Source of the DNA: Mytilus edulis | Taxonomy: Eukaryota | Reading direction: 5' to 3' | Length of the DNA: 64,000 bases | Assembly (NCBI RefSeq): GCF_963676685.1 | Contig: NC_092345.1 | Location: forward strand, 69,130,001-69,194,000 | Shown here: positions 62,301 through 64,000 of the stretch, piece by piece | Position numbering within the stretch: position 1 is the stretch's first letter | Layout: each line of letters starts with the position of its first letter | The notes under the pieces: model-generated | The model's database searches: none | Told to the model about the DNA's origin: nothing | Seen by the model: only the letters and a program-made list of their open reading frames with translations | Program-made: the position numbers and the translations under genes

Positions 62301-63993
62301 ATCTTACACAAGAAGTTCAGAGGCATAAAACTTGCACAAATAGTGCAAACCCACGGCCATATAACTACTGATCGTTATTATAATTGAAATACGCGTAGGA
62401 AACAACTACTTCCGGTTTTGGGTCCATTTGAAGTCAAAAATCGGGAAAAATCGTGAAATTCAGTATTTTTGGTCCAAATGACCTTCTGTAGACTGCTGAA
62501 CCAAGATCAGATTCACTCCGACCTAACAACTGCTGGGGTCAATTCGTTAACTAGGGTCCACTCTACATGCAGGCTACAGCTGGATACCTTTACCAGCATC
62601 CCTGGGTCTTCTTGGTCAAGAGAAAGAACGAAAAATAGGCAAAATTGACGCTTTTTGCACCTGATGACCCAATTTGGGGAAATTCCCGCCCACCCACCCC
62701 CGCTTCCTCACCCTGACCACCCCACCCTGTGATCACCTATATTAGATTTAAAGGAATCAATATGCTACAGCAACAGGGCTAAGCTCATTTGCATATAATT
62801 TGCATATTTTTGCAAATAAACGAAAATTAGACATTTTCTGAAAACAATTCAGCATGGTAAGGGTTAAGGCCCTTGGTAGTAGAAACCAATTTTTGTCCAG
62901 TTTTAGCTCAAATTTGGATGTTTTTTCATCTTATTATGGGTCAGAACGGGTCAGGAAGGCCTCCAGATACAAGGATAAGTTCAAAAACGCTTTAAAAAAA
63001 ATATTATATTTTTTTGAGTTTGTTAATTAACCCTTACCATGCGGTGACCGTCATATGACGGGCGTACCCAATTAACCGTTATTTGGCTCCAATGGCGTTC
63101 CATACTTTTAGAAGTCCACTTTATGATACTTATTTTAAAAGTTATGGATGTTCCGTCAACCTGAGGCTATCCATATTCACGTTTCTCATGTATAAGTAGC
63201 ATTTTGAGCACAAATACGGACTTGGAAAATTGAAATTGGCTAAAACTCGGTTTTCTGGAGGGGTGGGCTTCACATCTGTATCTTACACAAGAAGTTCAGA
63301 GGCATAAAACTTGCACAAATAGTGCAAACCCACGGCCATATAACTACTGATCGTTATTATAATTGAAATACGCATAGAAAACAACTACTTCCGGTTTTGG
63401 GTCCATTTGAAGTCAAAAATCGGGAAAAATCGTGAAATTCAGTATTTTTGGTCCAAATGACCTTCTGTAGACTGCTGAACCAAGATCAGATTCACTCCGA
63501 CCTAACAACTGCTGGGGTCAATTCGTTAACTAGGGTCCACTCTACATGCAGGCTACAGCTGGATACCTTTACCAGCATCCCTGGGTCTTCTTGGTCAAGA
63601 GAAAGAACGAAAATAGGCAAAATTGACGCTTTTTGCACCTGATGACCCAATTTGGGGCAAATTCCCGCCCACCCACCACTCAGCATGGTAAGGGTTAATG
63701 TCCAATGACAAATATTTCTTATACAGATCAAGAGAATTTAACTAATTTAAAACCCATTTGTGGATTCTTTTAAGTGGGTAAGCAATTTATTTTTTAAGAA
63801 TTTCAGGTAAATCAACAACAAAAATTATTGTTCACTAGGATGTTTTGTGATTTATAAAGAAGTAATTGTACCTTTATTAGCTCAATTTGATAAATTTGTT
63901 TTCAGCTGAGTAATGTTGTAGCCAACATGGAATCAATTTATAGTAAAGCCAATGTATGTTTGTCTGATGGGAATTGTCACCAGATAGAACCAG
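32052..63993 (+). CDS. ACE: angiotensin-converting enzyme (peptidyl-dipeptidase A, family M2), at least two tandem domains, 3'-incomplete in this window
   Basis: Exons 32052-32291, 36043-36201, 42943-43180, 44731-44922, 45684-45781, 46687-46856, [47648-47772 or 49212-49336], 50348-50446, 55602-55746, 57088-57186, 59343-59465, 59860-60178, 60531-60692, 63906-63993. Motifs [24 protein letters not shown], HHEx[27 protein letters not shown]. Confidence 0.97.
33551..35520 (+). mobile_element. Helentron-associated (HINE/DINE-like) non-autonomous element with internal tandem arrays
   Basis: Subterminal inverted repeat TTTATACGACCGCA / TGCGGTCGTATAAA, (CGT)n microsatellite, arrays of ~158, ~135 and ~31 bp units, GC-rich 3' tail, T-rich flanks. 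Confidence 0.8.
35623..35969. mobile_element. two adjacent small poly-G-rich MITEs (GGCGGATCCAG/CTGGATCCGC type)
   Basis: CAGTGGCGGATCCAG ... CTGGATCCGCC, plus a second right end CTGGATCCGCGCCTG. Confidence 0.6.
36043..36201 (+). CDS. ACE: ACE exon 2
   Basis: [53 protein letters not shown], phase 0/0. Confidence 0.92.
36883..36963. mobile_element. 81 bp hairpin mini-element
   Basis: Perfect 36 bp arms TAGTCCGAGATTACTCTGACGTCCAACGGCTGTTTT, flanked by the direct repeat ATGTGGAT. Confidence 0.85.
37682..40072. repeat. two oppositely oriented copies of a ~250 bp MITE (37682-37930 and 39826-40072)
   Basis: The shared blocks TTTGCCCAAAC.CTACC and AAATATTTTTAAGTGT occur in inverted orientation. 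Confidence 0.6.
42943..43180 (+). CDS. ACE: ACE exon 3
   Basis: [18 protein letters not shown]...[30 protein letters not shown]...; GTGAGT donor. Confidence 0.93.
43205..44282 (+). mobile_element. 5'-truncated HINE-like element with TGACCTTGACCT-containing ~150 bp tandem units, interrupted by a SINE
   Basis: Repeated TGACCTTGACCTCATTTTCATGG units and a 3' tail ...GTGCACTCTTG|TTT. Confidence 0.6.
43365..43719 (-). mobile_element. tRNA-derived SINE (Nin/Deu-domain-like)
   Basis: The minus strand starts GCCGCCGTGGTGTAGTGGTTAG (A box) ... GGTTCGATTCC (B box), has a central GCACGTTAAAGA motif and a (TAAAC)n tail, and is flanked by TGACCT direct repeats. Confidence 0.85.
44731..44922 (+). CDS. 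ACE: ACE exon 4
   Basis: [13 protein letters not shown]...[13 protein letters not shown]...GHIPAHLL. Confidence 0.95.
45684..45781 (+). CDS. ACE: ACE exon 5
   Basis: [33 protein letters not shown]. Confidence 0.95.
46687..46856 (+). CDS. ACE: ACE exon 6
   Basis: [20 protein letters not shown]...[17 protein letters not shown]. Confidence 0.95.
47648..47772 (+). CDS. ACE: ACE exon 7a, alternative zinc-binding exon (HELGH)
   Basis: TTTTCTTCAG acceptor; [41 protein letters not shown]; G|GTAGGA donor; 125 nt. Confidence 0.9.
48364..48636. mobile_element. foldback MITE between ACE exons 7a and 7b
   Basis: CAGCCAATTGCATTGAGTG ... CACTCAATGCAATCGGCTG, with ~100 bp imperfect arms. Confidence 0.8.
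49212..49336 (+). CDS. ACE: ACE exon 7b, alternative zinc-binding exon (HEMGH)
   Basis: CCTTTTCAG acceptor; [41 protein letters not shown]; G|GTAGGT donor; 125 nt. Confidence 0.95.
50348..50446 (+). CDS. ACE: ACE exon 8 (third zinc ligand)
   Basis: [26 protein letters not shown]. Confidence 0.95.
50716..52272 (+). CDS. transposase: THAP zinc finger + HTH + Harbinger/ISL2-type DDE domain (ORF is open from 50581)
   Basis: CAVNSC...W..AI.R...VCSEHF (THAP); LLLVLMRLK...DLGRRFGIS (HTH); [44 protein letters not shown] (D-D-E). Confidence 0.95.
   Translation: MDSAESYKKGGGNSCAVNSCTNNRRKLQMWKKSMCELHNELHNDCPCLIPYKFHLMPSDELTKLEWIKAINRKTLPKHVYVCSEHFLDGAPSKRNPCPKLKLGYDSKVTPGRRKLARCETAVKKLKLSYENDSGDDNVSDSTGFEALDISVNNDNETYPEATCSFNVAYPETVTKSTQYDETDFLIYDDHPYAEKWSDMQTTSTQTKLLLTEEKGVQSKIEGGTMSANTNIVTDSDALLYTGVTKEVFFTLVELLRADNQFNFQLDIADQLLLVLMRLKLHLIFDDLGRRFGISKSLACKLFNSWMPVLAEQLKGLVVWLPRETIRACIPESFRENYPRTTVIIDCAETFIQRPTNLKSRSETYSNYKSHNTAKYLVGIAPHGHIMFISRAFGGRASDKFIVEKSGFCQYLLPGDEVMADRGFTIDDLLFPLRVKLNIPAFTKCQPQLSNEDLTTTRRIARVRIHVERAIRRLKVFKILSSTVPVSSLKNFDDILLVCSALVNLRSDLIREPDEFAEI
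53246..54748 (-). CDS. SWIM zinc finger + YqaJ/lambda-exonuclease-like nuclease (transposon ORF2)
   Basis: CSCMAG...CSHVGAVL (SWIM); RLTAS, YGNEQE, LSASPDG, LEVKCP, YFMQIQ (PD-(D/E)xK YqaJ motifs). Confidence 0.92.
   Translation of the reverse strand: MSSVAKEWKPPGVDKVKTWIDDMRVWPNMMYGDIYNFLVESKAVDGQQMKNFKSLQSFNYFQSGNVGVTTHYINNNKTIMFKGEVRSSQTVSRTNEVFVLCNEDGSIVNGWCSCMAGQGHTFCTCSHVGAVLWKIEHAVRNNLTGVSCTDENAKWNRGTTRNVEPKPLLNIIFKKPKAGEDVMDSDEDNNIPGSRDTPMYTLDREFKEAVNSSKLLPLFSIKGTTASKSFTCKPFTKDIIQEDHGDHTALDSCGKCSNFVNKYISLTPAKVQELHMNTKGQSGSVLWKDARKIRLTASSASKVPIKETTDCSAFIREHLYPKFTGNKFTRYGNEQEPIAKKYLQSEGHNVTDHGMYVSLTENWLSASPDGIMNGDTILEVKCPFPIANKWNCLDELIANTKYDVEKNSEGIYVLKKKGSRAYFMQIQLTMFCTGLHKAKIFIWRSPDDNILIDIAFDEDYIQQLVRRLRTFYSNKMLNRIVDEIDNDRLVLSRIFRNFMK
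55602..55746 (+). CDS. ACE: ACE exon 9
   Basis: [29 protein letters not shown]...WWDLR. Confidence 0.95.
56324..56785 (+). mobile_element. HINE/DINE-like element
   Basis: ATACCCCACG ... CGTGGGGTAT inverted repeat, 5' stem-loop, (GTCC)n, two ~160 bp core repeats, 3' hairpin GTGAGCGTGCTCAC. Confidence 0.75.
57088..57186 (+). CDS. ACE: ACE exon 10
   Basis: [33 protein letters not shown]. Confidence 0.95.
59343..59465 (+). CDS. ACE: ACE exon 11
   Basis: [40 protein letters not shown]. Confidence 0.95.
59860..60178 (+). CDS. ACE: ACE exon 12 (end of domain 1, linker, start of domain 2)
   Basis: [14 protein letters not shown]...[13 protein letters not shown]...GW...LTDEESAW...[15 protein letters not shown]. 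Confidence 0.93.
60531..60692 (+). CDS. ACE: ACE exon 13 (domain 2, paralogous to exon 2)
   Basis: [54 protein letters not shown]. Confidence 0.93.
61078..63694. mobile_element. array of three piggyBac-type MITEs (61078-61890, 62052-62863, 63031-63694) separated by a repeated ~155 bp spacer
   Basis: Each unit is TTAA|CCCTTACCATGC ... GCATGGTAAGGG|TTAA. Units are near identical; the third has an internal deletion. Confidence 0.9.
63906..63993 (+). CDS. ACE: ACE exon 14 (domain 2, paralogous to the first part of exon 3)
   Basis: [29 protein letters not shown]; G|GTTAGT donor. Confidence 0.9.
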
Positions 63994-64000
63994 GTTAGTA

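Noticed and set aside
61539-63731. short ORFs repeated in the piggyBac-type array
   Set aside because: They are chance frames in a non-coding MITE, with no transposase motifs.

Overview
AT-rich, intron- and repeat-rich animal genomic DNA. The SINE, MITE and Helentron-type repeats suggest a bivalve mollusc, probably Mytilus-like (inference). Two host genes lie head-to-head. (1) Minus strand, 26018->7773: a 9-coding-exon, ~614 aa TAX1BP1/CALCOCO-family autophagy-receptor-like gene with a SKICH domain, candidate LIR, coiled coil and C-terminal UBZ zinc finger. (2) Plus strand, from 32052 and running off the window end: a signal-peptide-bearing angiotensin-converting enzyme (peptidase M2) gene with at least two tandem catalytic domains. 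The main discovery is that the exon encoding the HExxH zinc-binding helix of ACE domain 1 is present twice, at 47648-47772 (HELGH) and 49212-49336 (HEMGH). Both copies are intact, 125 nt long and have the same phases, so only one can be included in frame: a mutually exclusive active-site cassette. The introns hold an apparently intact two-gene ISL2EU-type transposon (THAP-DDE transposase plus SWIM/YqaJ nuclease), a 4.9 kb non-autonomous Transib-type element, a composite piggyBac-type MITE array, a CR1-like LINE fragment, SINEs, Helitron/Helentron derivatives and tandem duplications. All exon boundaries were read by eye from GT/AG sites and phase continuity.
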